From Eledone cirrhosa (lineage: Eukaryota), in assembly GCA_964016885.1 (NCBI GenBank), contig OZ024744.1:114824001-114888000 (forward strand): a DNA stretch of 64,000 bases, in the 5' to 3' direction. Position numbers and translations under genes: made by a program. Positions 24,960 through 37,307 of the stretch are shown here, piece after piece. Each line of letters starts with the position of its first letter. Position 1 is the first letter of the stretch. The notes beneath the pieces are model-generated. The model saw only the letters and a list, made by a program, of their open reading frames with translations. It did not search any database and was not told the origin of the DNA.

Positions 24960-26966
24960 GATAAAATGCACCCAGCTGACTCTGCAAAGTAATAGGGTTA
25001 TACAAGTCAGTACAGCGTAGTAAGTAAAGCAATCAAAGATATGAAGACTGGGAAGGCAACCGGTCCATCGGGTGTAGCTGCCGAGATGCTGAAGGCATCT
25101 GGGTCTGTAGGTCACACTATAACCACACGTATTGTTAACTAGATAATACTAGAAGGTGACATACCAAGAGATTGGTGCAGTAGCATCATTGACAACTGCT
25201 ACAAAGGTAAAGGTGATGCACTCGATAGAGGAAACTATAAAGGTATAAAGCTGATGGACCAGGTCATGAAAGTAAAGGAAAGAGTTATAGCACAGTTGAT
25301 TAGGGACCGGGTAAAACTAGATGAGATGCAATTTGGGTTTGTACCAGGAAAAGGCACGACTGATGCCCTCTTCCTTGTCAGGCAGTTACAGGAAAAGTAC
25401 CTAGCTAAAAGTAAGCCGCTCTACCTGGCATTCGTCGATCTGGAAAAAGCCTTCGACAGAGTCCCCTGTGCTATAATCTGGTAGGCTCTTAGAAAATTAG
25501 GTGAAGATGAATGGATTGTGAAAGCTGTACAAGCCATGTATAGCAGAACAGTCAGCAAAGTTAGGATTAAACCCATGCTCTGTCTAAACCCATGCTAGCG
25601 TGGAAGATAGACATTAAACAATGATGATGATGATGATGATGATGATAGCGAGGAATTTAGCATACAGGTCGGTGTCCACCAGGGCTCTGTTCTTAGCCCT
25701 CTCCTGTTCAATATAATTTTGCAGGCAATAACGAAGGAGTAGACCGGATGCCCATGGGAACTCCTGTATGCAGATGATCTCGCACTTATAGCTGAATCTA
25801 TGGTAGAACTAGAGAAGAAATTCCAAACATGGAAGCAGGGACTAGAAAGAAAGGGTCTCAAAGTCAACCTGACAAAGACTAAGGTCCTTGTAAGTAGACG
25901 AGAAAACAGAACCCAGATTCTCTCAGGGAAATGGCCTTGCTCAGTATGTAGGAAAGGTGTAGGTAGGAACTCCATTCTCTGCCCCAAATGCAAACAATGA
26001 TGTAGTGGGATCTCAGGAAGTTTAACTAAGAATGTAGGCTTCACATGTAGCAGCTGCGCTAGGACAGCAAGCAGCAAACGACCACAGGAAACAAGCAGCA
26101 CCAAACTCTGGGAGGACTCGGTAGAAACAGTAGACAGCTTCTGCTACCTAGGTGATTGAATTAGCAGCGGAGGTGGGTGTTCAGAAAGTACAATAACTAG
26201 GGTAAGAATGTGATGGAAGAAGTTCAGGGAGCTACTGCCACTGCTAGCTGCAAAAGGCTTTTCCCTCAAAATGAAAGGCAAACTGTATGATGCGTGTATA
26301 CGAACAGCAATGTTACATGGTAGTGAGACCTGGGCGTTGTCTGTGGAAGACTTACGTAGATTAGAAAGAAAAAAAGCTTGCATGCTCCGATGGATGTGTA
26401 ATAGTAATATACACGAACAGCAAAGCATAAATGAATTGAGCGAGAGGCTGAGCATAAGAGGAATCAAATGTTGTGTGCAGGAGAGGCGGTTGGGTTGGTA
26501 TGAACATGTGATGCATATGAAGGATGACAGCTGCATAAAAAGGTGCAGAAACCGCAGAGTGGGGAGACCCAAGAAGACCTGGGATGAGGTGATAAAAGCC
26601 GAGCTTGCCCTGTTGATCCTCTCAAAGGCGATGACACACGACACTGACCTCTGGGGTTACACAGTAATACAGAAGACCCAACTTCCCACGGGTACAAGCC
26701 AAAGCTGAAGCATATAGATAATATCCCCCCCCCCCCCCACACACACACACTGTAAACTGGTCATGTAGGTGTCATGGTAAAAAGCACCCAGCACTAACTG
26801 TAAATGAGGTTGGTGTTAGGAAGGGCATCCAGCTGTAGAAATCAAGCCAAATCAGTTCTTGTATGAGCAAGGCATGGTCAGCCGACCAGACACTGCTCAC
26901 AACAGGACAACTTGTCTAACCCATGCTAGCGTGGAAGGACGGACGTAAAACTGTGATGATGATGAT
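24960..26966 (+). mobile_element. Degenerate RTE-clade LINE (RT, Cys-rich insert, C-terminus, 3' UTR with (GAT)n tail)
   Basis: Motifs KGKGDALDRGNY, QFGFVPGKGTTDA, FVDLEKAFDRVP, GVHQGSVLSP, YADD, WPCSVCRKGVG, LHGSETW and GRPKKTW, broken by several stops. The tail reads GGTTGGTGTTAGGAAGGGCATCCAG...CCCATGCTAGCGTGGAAG...(GAT)n. Confidence 0.9.
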
Positions 26967-27344
26967 ATAAGAACAGATTAAAGTTCAAGCAAAAAATCGC
27001 TGCTTTCACCCATCTTCACAGGATCTTCTGATTTTAGTCTTCACATTTATTGTTGTTGTTATTATTATTGTTGTTGTCGTCCTCCTCCTCCTAGGTGTTT
27101 ATACTCGGATAATAATAATAATAAATATAATTGTTTCTACTTTTGGCACAAGGCCAGCAATTACCCAGTACATTACTGGTACTTTATTTTATCGACTCCG
27201 TAAGGATGAAAGGAAAAGTTGACCTCGGCGGGGTTTGAAATAATAATAACAATAATGCTTTATTTATTAATCAGGTTGACACAAAGTATAACATTAAAGT
27301 ATAACATACAGGACGGTACAAATGAGAATTTCTGTGTGTAAAAA

Positions 27345-30300
27345 AATAATAATAATAATGGTTTCTTTATTGGCCACAAGGGTTAACATGAAGAAAAACA
27401 TTAGAGACGGCACAGAACGGTTCAGGATGATACAAAGTGGAGTTTGGCCATGTAAAAAGGTTATAACAAGAAGATAGAAATATCAAAAAAATTCAAACAA
27501 AAATTCCCCGAAAGGGGTCACTCGTGATGAAAACCACACAAAAGACCAAAACTTACTAGAAGACAACACTTGCCTCTCCACCCTGATTTTCCTCTTCAAG
27601 TGAAATTTGAAAAAGTTAATCAGGGATTGGCCGGAGAGGAAAGTGTCCATCTTCAACCCTTTCAATCTTGTCCACCATACAATCTCTTTCGCCATGGCCA
27701 CCAGGCAGATGAAAACTGCTTGCCCTTCCTCCTCTTTAAAGGAGGATGGCGCGGCTATCTGCACAATGGAATCAGTTGATAACCGGATCGGTCCTACACG
27801 CGACAGCAACTGTTCGACATAGCTCCACAAGTCAGCAATCCTTGGGCACTGAACGAGTGCGTGCAGGACTGTTTCGTCATCCTGCGCGCATCTCGAACAG
27901 CCTCGGCTGACAGCACCTCCGTGCCTGTAGAGCTTATCCCGAACCGGCAACGCTCCCCAGTAGCACTGCCAGGTCAGGGATTTCTGGAAATTGTCCATAG
28001 GCCAATATTGAAGAGAGCAAACAGCTGATCGTCTTCGACGCCCAGGGTCTCCCCGAGAACATCGTCGCTCTTCCCCTCCATTAGTCCTCTATAGAATGCT
28101 AGAACGCCTAGGTGGATGTTCCACCGATATCAGTGCCCAGCTGGTAGAGGGCGGTGAGTGCTTGGAAACTTTCGAGCTTCCAAGCGCTATCCCTCAGTCT
28201 TTTTCTGATCCAGGACTGCAGCTCCGTCAAGGAGACGAGCTGGGGAAAAGCGTGTCTGGCAGACTGCGACCATACCTGTTCACCATCAAGGAAGCACCAG
28301 AGATGTTGCAGCCTCAGTGTATGTTTGCGCATCATCAACCACGGCATGCCTAGTCCTCCACGTAACGGGTGCTGACAGCAGATGAATCGTTTGACCATGG
28401 GAGCATGTCCCTTCCACAAAAAGCTGGAGAGAAGGCGTTCCATTTTGGAGTTGGACGGGTGCAAGGTACAACAGTCAGGCGGTAGCAGATGACAGACCCG
28501 ATGTCCGCATTCGCCACCTCCGCCAGACCTTTCAGAGACAGCCTCCTCTCGGCCCATTTCTGGGTGAGGGAGGCCACCCTGCTCGTCACCTCGGTCCAGT
28601 TTTTCTCCATCTGGAGGTTCGGACTGAACCAGACCCCAAGCATTTAACCGGACCTTCCGTCTAGCGCCCCACGACTCTGTCAGATGGCATGGACTTGCCT
28701 CTCCAGGTGCTGAGTTGCAAGCCCACCACTTTTCCTGGTTTATCTTTGCTCCTGTCACTGCTTTGTATTCCTTGAGAGCGGTGCCGAGCATCTGGACGTG
28801 GTTGGTGCTCGACACCACCACGGTGACGTCGTCGGTGTAAGCCGACACGGATCTTCCTCATCCCAGTTCACGAGGGACGCCCTCATGGTCTCCAATTTGT
28901 GCAGTAATGGCTTGAAGGCCAGTATGTACAAGAGGGATGAGAGGGAACACCCTTGCCGGACCGAGCACAAGATGCTGAACGGCTGTGACAGGTGATCATT
29001 CACCCTCACAATCGAGATGTCACTGTGCATTGTAGCAATCCAGCCTCGAGGCCCGCAGCCAAGTACCTATGGTCGACCCTATCAAACTCTTTAGATTGAT
29101 CCAAGTTGATCAGGGCCCCAGCCATGCCAGGTTCCTTAACCACCCTCTCTATGATGTATCACATGAGATGGAGGTTGTTGTGGATGGATCTGTCCGGAAT
29201 GGCGCATGTCAGCGCCTCTCCAACCAGATCACTGATGACAAGCACCAATCTCTTTGCTAACACCTTGGCCAAAATCTTGAACTCTGTGTTTAGCAGAGTT
29301 ATGGGCCTGAAGTTGTCTATAACGTCCCCCTTGTTCGGGTCTTTTCTCAGCAGCGCCACCGCTCCCCAGCTCACAAAACTGGGAATGCTCCCGTTCTGCT
29401 GCCAGTTGCAGTAGACATCTGCCAAGAGGTCGCCAAACAAGTCTGGCATGTACGCATAAAGCTCATAGATTAGACCATCCAAACCTGGTGATTTACCCCT
29501 CGTGCAGTTAGACATCGCTTACCGTATTTCGCCTGCTGTTATTGGCCTTTTGCCGCACTGCGCCGCAGTCGTTGAGAGCCGCAGCAGTCCGTCAAGGTAT
29601 GCACCGAAGTCCATACTCCGATCCTGCCCACCGCCCCCCCCGAATAATCGAGCAAAGTGCTGTTGAAAATCCACATACATCTGCTCGGGTTCGAACAATA
29701 TGCCTCCGTTTTAATTAGGCAAAGACCGTATTGTGGATTTGTTGTCACGTCACGCCTACACCACCCGGACCCATTGAATGGCTTCATCCCCTTGTGTCTT
29801 AGAGCTCTGACAACGCATTCTTCATGTTTTGCGTTGAAGAATTGATCGAGTGCCAATCTAGCTGCAAGCACATAGGTTGCGATGCCTGTCTTAAAAGCCT
29901 CTTCTAGTTTCCTAACTAGGTCTCCCTCTACTCTGTTTTCCTCTATCACTACTCCTTTGCTAAACCTTATCGATTCTACTCTAATTGCCCTTTTCAGGGT
30001 AAACCACCGCCTGTTGTTGATGATCGCACCCGTCAACGCACGCTTAACTAATTCGCTAATTCAGTCTCTGTAAGCTTTGCATGCTGGGAAAGACGCGTTC
30101 AGCTTCCAGTAACCGGGCCCTTGCTGTGTAGTCGACTACTTTAAATTGTGGACAACTTACACTAGCCTTATCTGTTTCCCTGCAGAATACCCTATCTACA
30201 TACGATCTGGATGATCCGATGCGGTTTGCCCATGTCCACACGGGCACATTCGGATATCCAGTCTATACCTGTCAGACAGTTCAAAACGCCTGAGCAGGTT

Positions 30301-32312
30301 GTTCAGGCTTTTACACCCTCCTGTCCTGTCTACTAAACCCACATAATCCCAGCGTGCATCCAAGATACCGTTCCAGTCGCCCACTAACACTAAGGAGTGG
30401 GACGTTCCAAGAAAGGTCTCTAGACATCTGAAGAAATCTGGCTGTCCTGCCCCTGTTGGGGCATAGACGGCTATTAGCCTGAAGGATTTGCCTTCGCTGC
30501 CGGTAATGTCCAGCACCACCGACTTACCTTCTGGGTCCAGGAAGATGGCCCGTATGGCGAGATCCAAGCCTCTCTGAAAAAGCACAGCAACTCCTCCCCC
30601 CGATCCTGGACGGCTGGGAGATGCGTATATATCGTAGCCACCGAAGATCGGTGCGATGGCTCGTGCTTCGGAGATTCTGGTCTCGCTGATGGCCACCACA
30701 TTTATGTTTAGTGACCTAAGGTCGTTGAGCAGGTGACCCTGCTTCCAAGATGATCCCAGGCCACGTACATTTATGCTGCCTATTCTAAGTACGGCCATGT
30801 TGGATGAGGAACGGGGCAAGTGAAAAAGACTTACTTATCTTCATCGTGTGGGGAAGGGACAGTAGAACCATCCTCTCGGCTGGTCATGGGTGTCTCCAAG
30901 ACGATCTCTTTGTAGATTCTTTTGGAGACTGACCCCCTGAAATCCCCAACGCAGTTGGGGAATTTTTATTTTAATTGTTTGTAGTTTTTGAGTTCAATTT
31001 CCACAATGTTAATGTTTTTTGGTAATGTTCTTGGTGTTGGTGGTGTGTGGTAATTTACGTCTGAAATATCGGTGTGGTTTTTTATGTGTTCCATTAGTCC
31101 TTGGTGTACGATGTTTATGGCTGTGTATTTTTTGTGGGGGGTTGTTGGTGTTTTCTTGTTGTTGTTGGGTATGTTTGATTTGTTGTGTTTGTGATGTTGG
31201 TGTTGGAGGTGATGCTTGTGGTTGTGATGGTGATTTTGGTGGTGTTGCTGCAAGTCTCTTTGCAGTCTTTATTCTTCTTTCTTTGCCTTCGCTTTTGGAG
31301 GGGGGAGTTGTTGGGTTTTTTTTTTTTTTTTTTTTGTTAACAACCGTTTTCCACTCCTCAGCCACCTCATACTCCATGTCCAACTGTGAGGGGTCGGGGA
31401 GGGGTATGAGTTCTACCCTCTCATTTGTCTTTGTTGTTGTTGTTGTTGTTGGTGTTGGTGGTGGTGGTAGAGCCTGGTTTGCCGCTCCTGGCACAGGTGC
31501 AGCTAGTGCAACTGTTTCTGTTGCTGCAGCTGCCGCCGCTGTTTTTGTTGTCTGTGGCTTTGGTGTGGGTGCCACGGACGTTGTCCTCCTACTCTCTGTA
31601 GAAGCTCCCGACATTTTAGCTGACTGCTCTGTTTCTGATGGCAGCGGTTCCGGTGTTGGAAGGAGGGGACCTTAGCCTTTATTATCTTCTGTGGGCAGAA
31701 AGCCCTGAGGTGAGACTTTGATCCACAGTTGAAGCACTTTCGGCGCCTTCCTTCAACAGATATGGGAAGTTGGGAGCCATTCCCGGGGTCTATTACGTCG
31801 GGAATAGCGCTGATGCAGTCCTGGTTGGTTTGGATGAGCATCTCCATTCCAATACTGGACCAGTCCCCTCTTTCCAACTTCTGTACCTGCAGAATAGTTG
31901 TTTTATCTTCGATGCCCGCAAGAACAGACACGACCAGCCAAGGCACGGGTATGTAGGGCAGACCTGGGTTACCTTGACCGTTGCAATTTTTTTCCCACAG
32001 TAAAACGGGACTAGTGTTGTGTCATCACTCCATAGGGTCCTCATTGAGTGCGATTTTGGTTCCTGAGTGGTAGCAAAACGGTCGTCCACAGTAGCATATT
32101 TCTTGCCACGGGTGATGTGGGTTTTCCTTGGCCACACAGTTCCCAAGGCCTTCTGATTTGGGTCGCCAAGGCTTTTCCACACAACATGATTTCATGGCAA
32201 TCGTGCGGCATGACATTGTGCGTCGCTCTTGTTCCTCCAGGAAGTCGGTTGGTGGTTTCAAGAACACTGAAAATTCAGTTCTGGTTACCATGTGTCTTGT
32301 GACCGCCATCTC
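27345..32312 (-). mobile_element. Tx1/L1-clade LINE copy 1 (degenerate ORF1 with CCHC knuckle; ORF2 APE-RT-zinc finger)
   Basis: ORF2 motifs SINVRGL, SET, VYAP, GDWN, KSPGLDG, FRPITLLN, RQGCSLS, YTDD, GGLG and C..C..DETVLHALVQC; ORF1 knuckle CFNCGSKSHLRAFC; 3' end AATAAA followed by (ATT)n. Confidence 0.9.
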
Positions 32313-32315
32313 CTC

Positions 32316-32478
32316 CGTTTTTTGGAACACTTCAAAAGGCATGTTTGCTGGGAACAGCAAGAACCCTCCGATACGTGCTGAATGTCTGAGGCTGCAGGTA
32401 GCGGTTTGATATTCATTTCAACAAACTTTCCAGTTAAATAACATCAATGACTGAGACTCAAAGAACAATAATAATAAT
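32316..32478 (+). mobile_element. Short 3' fragment of the same R4/Dong family as 1-1152
   Basis: Closely matches 935-1095 (GCTGGGAACAGCAAGAACCCTCCGATACG...GACTGAGACTCAAAGA) and ends in (TAA)n. Confidence 0.9.
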
Positions 32479-34521
32479 GATTTCTTTATTGGCCACAAGG
32501 GTTGACATCAAGAAAAACATTACAGATGGCACAGGACGGTACAGGATGGTACGATGTGGGTTTTGTGCGTGTAAAGATTTTTATTATTTATATAAGAAAC
32601 GAAAAAGAAAGAAAAAGACATAGAAACATATATATAAACAATAAAAATGAAAATTCAAACAATGAAAAATTCCCCAATAGTGAGGAAACCTCCGAGGGTT
32701 ACTCGTGGTGAAAACCACACAAAAGACCACGTCCACTCTGACCATCAGGGCAAGCGCCCTCTCTCAATTTTTCCATCTCTCAAACTACAGATGTATATTC
32801 AGAGCATTCGGACCATTCTCGCTACATTCACCCACCTTTCAACAAACTTGCTAGAAAGCAGCACTTGCCTCTCCACCCTGATTGTCGTCTTGAGGTGAAA
32901 CTTGAAAAATTTAATCAGGGATTCGCCAAAGAGGAAAGTGTCTGTCTTTAACCCTTTCAACCTTGTTCACCACACAATCTCTTTCGCCATGGCCACCAGG
33001 CAGATGAAAACCGCCTGCCCTTCCTCCTCGAAGGAAGACGGTGAGACCATCTGCACAATGGACTCAGTCGATAACCGGATCAGTCCTACACGCGACAGCA
33101 ACTGTTCGACATAGCTCCACAAGTCAGCAATGCTCGGACACTGAACGAGTGCGTGCACGACGGTTTCATCGCTCTGCGCACATCTCGGACAGGCTCGGCT
33201 GACAGCACTTCCGTGCCTGTAGAGCTTATCTCGAACCGGCAGCGCTCCCCGGTAGCACTGCCAGGCCAGGGCTGAAAGTTCTCCGGAAGAGAGCAAACAG
33301 CTGATCTTCTTCGATGCCCAGGATCTCTCCGAGAATGTTGTCGTTCTTCCCCTCCACTAGTCCTCTATAGAACGCCGAGGTGGATGTTCCACCGATACTG
33401 GTGCCCAGCTGGCAGAGGGCAGTGAGCACCTGGAGACATTCCAGTTTCCAAGCGCTATCCCTCGGTCATTTCCTGACCCAGGACTGCAGCTCCGTCAAGG
33501 AGACGAGCTGTGGGAAAACGTGCCTGGCGAACGGCGACCACACCTGTTCACCGTCAAGGAAGCACCAGAGATGTCGCAGCCTCAGCGCATGTTTGCGCAT
33601 CATCAGCCATGGCATGCCCAGTCCTCCACGCAACGGGTGTTGACAGCAGATGGATCGTCTGACCATGGGAGCGCGTCCCTTCCACAAAAAGCGGAAAAGG
33701 AGGTGCTCCATTTTGGTGAGAGTTGGGCTGGAGCAAGGGACGACGGTGAGGTGGTAGCAGATGATGGATGTGATGTACGTATTCGCCACCTCCGCCCGGC
33801 CTTTCAGGGACAGCTTCCTCTTGGCCCATTTCTGGGTGAGGGAGGCCACCCTGCTTGTCACCTCGCTCCAGTTTTTCTCCATCTGGAGGTCCGATCTGAA
33901 TCAGATCCCGGCCCGTCCGTCCAACGCCCCACGACGCTGTCAGATGGCATGGACTTGCCTCTCCAGGTGCCGAGCTGCAAGCCCACCGACTTTTCCTGGT
34001 TTATCTTTGCTCCTGTCACCGCTTCGTATTCCTTGAGAGCGGTGCCGAGCATCTGGTCGTGTCTGGTGCTCGACACCTCCATGGTGACGTCGTCAGCGTA
34101 AGCACTTGGATTTTCCGCATCCTAGTTCACGTGGGACGCCCTCATCGCCCCCAGTTTGTGCAGTAACGGCTCGAGAGCCAATACGTACAAGAGGGATGAG
34201 AGGGGAAAACCCTGGCAGACCGAGCACATGATGCTGAACGGTTGCGACAGGTGACCATTCACCCTCACAACTGAGCAGATGTCGCTGTACATCGCAGCGA
34301 TCAAACCCCTGAAAACGGGCCTGAGGACCGCCGCCAGGTACCGATGGTCGACCCTATCGAATGCTTTGGATTGATTCTAGTTGATCAAGGCTCCACTCGT
34401 GCTAGGTTCCTTAACCTCCCTCTCTATGATGTATCGCATGAGGTGGAGGTTGTCGTGTATGTATCTGTCCGGAATGGCACATGTCTGCGCCTCTCCCACC
34501 AGACCCTCAACGACAAGAGCC
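32479..34521 (-). mobile_element. Tx1/L1-clade LINE copy 2 (5'-truncated in RT)
   Basis: Colinear with copy 1 from the 3' end (TTTCTTTATTGGCCACAAGGGTT) to the RT region, and ends at (AAT)n at 34522. Confidence 0.9.
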
Positions 34522-34537
34522 AATAATAATAATAATA

Positions 34538-35993
34538 AAATCAAGTTCTCGACAATGAGGGAAAGGATAAGGAAGGAATGTTACCGCAGAGTAAGAGCAA
34601 TCTTAAGAACGGAATTGAATGCAAGGAATAGGATCGATGCCATAAACACGCTTGCCATACCAGTAGTAACCTACAGTTACAATGTCATCAACTGGTCAAG
34701 CACAGAGATCCGTAGGCTCGATACAAAAATTCGAAAACTCTTAACCATGCACAGAATGCATCACCCTAAGGCAGATATAGATAGAATATATCTCCCTAGG
34801 AAAGAAGGAGGACGTGGGTTAATCCAGTTAGACATTGCGTTGAAAACTGCAACAATTGGATTATCTACATATCTAAGGGAATCACATGATTGGATGATCA
34901 AACTCGTTTTGAAACATGAGAGCATCAAAAGATCATACTCCATTACAAAAGATGCACCAAGATGCAGTAATGGACTTCAAATTTCAGAAGTTCCCTTTAC
35001 TGCTGAAATGAAAAACACAGAAAAAGCAGGTAAAAGTAACTGCAAAGAAAGAACTGCTACAGAAACTGGCTAAGAAATGGCAAGAAAAGCCTCTGTATGG
35101 AAAATACCCAGAAAGAGCTAACAATCCTGATGTTGACAAAACTTTAACGCATCAGTTGTTGGCATCCTCTGGACTGAAATCGGAGACTGAAGGACTGATT
35201 ATATCAGCACAAGATCAGTGTCTGCCAACAAAAAATTATCAAGCCAACATAATAAAAAATGGATGCAGCCCATTATGCCGTGTATGAAAAAAACAACCAG
35301 AGATCATTGATCATATAATTTCAATGTGCAGTCCTATAGCTCCAACTGAATACCTAAACAGGCATGACAGAGCTACACAATACATACATTGAGTAATGTG
35401 TAAGTATTTTGACCTTCCCCATCAAAAGAATTGGTGGGATCATCAACCACTTCCCATACCTGAAAAAGATCACATCTCAATCTTGTGGAACTTTAGCATC
35501 CAAATAGACCGAAAAATAGATGCAAATAGACATGATATAATACTGAAGGCGTATAAAGAGAGGGTATGCCTGCTAATTGATATGTCCGTTCCAATAGACA
35601 AGAATGTATCTATAAAAACATTTGAAAAATTGAGCAAATATAAAGATCTGGAGATAGAGATTGGAAAATTATGGAAGTTGAGAGCTAAAACAATACCAGT
35701 GGTTGTAGGCGCTCTAGGAATGATACCAAAGAGGTCTAATGATTACTTATCCCAAATCCCAGGAAACCCGCATATAGAAGAAATACAAAAGATAGTATTA
35801 ATGGGAACTGGCCACATACTAAGGAAGATTCTGTCAATATAAATACATCACAAGACTAAACACCTAAAGATACATGTATGTGTGTATGTGTTCTTTCTTG
35901 AACATGGCAGACCTTGTCTCTTGAGGTCACTGGTTGTGACTTGGTAATAACTCGTATGAACATAAAGCAAGATAAATGAAAAAATAATAATAA
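34538..35993 (+). mobile_element. R4/Dong-clade element, 5'-truncated
   Basis: Motifs TELNARNRIDAINTLAIPV, HHPKADIDRIYLPRKEGGRGL, LWNFSIQID, CLLIDMSVP, KYKDLEIE and IPVVVGALG; 3' UTR ends in (TAA)n. Confidence 0.9.
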
Positions 35994-37307
35994 AATCCGT
36001 AAGTTATTGACTTGTAATAAGATGCACCACCCGAAAGCAGATACGGATCGTCTTTACCTTCCTAGAACTCAAGGAGGCCATGACCTGATCCAATTTGAAT
36101 TTACCTACAAGACCACCACTATTGGACTGGCCAAATACCTTGAAACAACAAACGACAGTATGCTGAAACTTGTTGAAAAACATGAGAGAAGTAAGAAGCT
36201 TCATTCTATCTTGAAGGAGAGCAAAGAATATGCTACTGATCTCATGCTTGATCCCCAGGCTGGACAGACTAAAGAAACAATTACAATTGATGCTGCTAAA
36301 CACATAAAATTGGCAAAAGCAAAAGGGCAAGAACAATTAGCATCAAAGTGAGAGCAGAAACCTCTGCATGGCAAATATGTGTGGCTATGTAACTCAGGGC
36401 TTAAAAGCAGAGAATGAAGGATTCATCTTAGCTGCCCAAGATCAAAGCGTACTAACACGGAATTACCAGGCCAATGTGATGAGAAATGGAGTAAATCCAA
36501 AGTGCCAATTCTGAAATGTTGAGGTTGAAACAGTGGACCACCTAGTTTCTGGATGTAAAGGTTTAGCCCCAGTAGAGTACAAATATAGACAGAATTGGCC
36601 AATATCTACAGAGTAATATGTTGGCATAAAATCAAAGCTGCTGACAAGTGGTACAATCATCACCCTGTGGCTGTAACTGAAGGAGAAAAAGTAACAATTC
36701 TTCGGGACTTCCCTGTACATACTGACAGGATCATAAAAGCAAATAGACCTGACATCAATGTAAAATATCAACATAACAAGGTCTGTTTGTTGATAGATAT
36801 GAGCATCCCATGTGATCACAGTATTGTGACAAAAGAATTTGACAAGCTAAGAAAGTATAAAGATCTATTCATTGAAATCGAAAAAATGTGGCAACTCAAG
36901 GCCGTTACAATACCAGTGATTGTGGGAGGACTGGGAATGATCAAGAAAGGAACAGAACAGTATTCGAGGTTGATTCCTGGTTTACCTTCTCTGCACAAGG
37001 TGCAAAAATTTGTTTTGACTGGTACTGCACACGTATTGAGAAGAACACTATCTCTGTGAGAATGATATCTCCACCCCCTTGTGTGGTTGTGTGTAGAGCA
37101 CTATCTCTGTAAGAATGATATCCCTCCTTGTGTGGTTGTGTGTGTATCTCTGTAAGAATGATAAGCTGTAAGTTATAATCAATATAGTGTGTTATCTGTC
37201 TTACCAATGTATACAGTGAATCTATTGCCCTAGGTGTCAGGAAGACACTCGGCATATAACAATACTGAAGGAAAAGGAAAAACAAGAAAAATGATAATAA
37301 TAATAAT
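35994..37307 (+). mobile_element. Second R4/Dong-clade element, 5'-truncated (different subfamily)
   Basis: Motifs HHPKADTDRLYLPR, ETVDHLVSGC, NRPDI, KYKDL and IPVIVGGLG; ~50-bp tandem duplications in the 3' UTR (37046-37163); (TAA)n tail. Confidence 0.9.
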
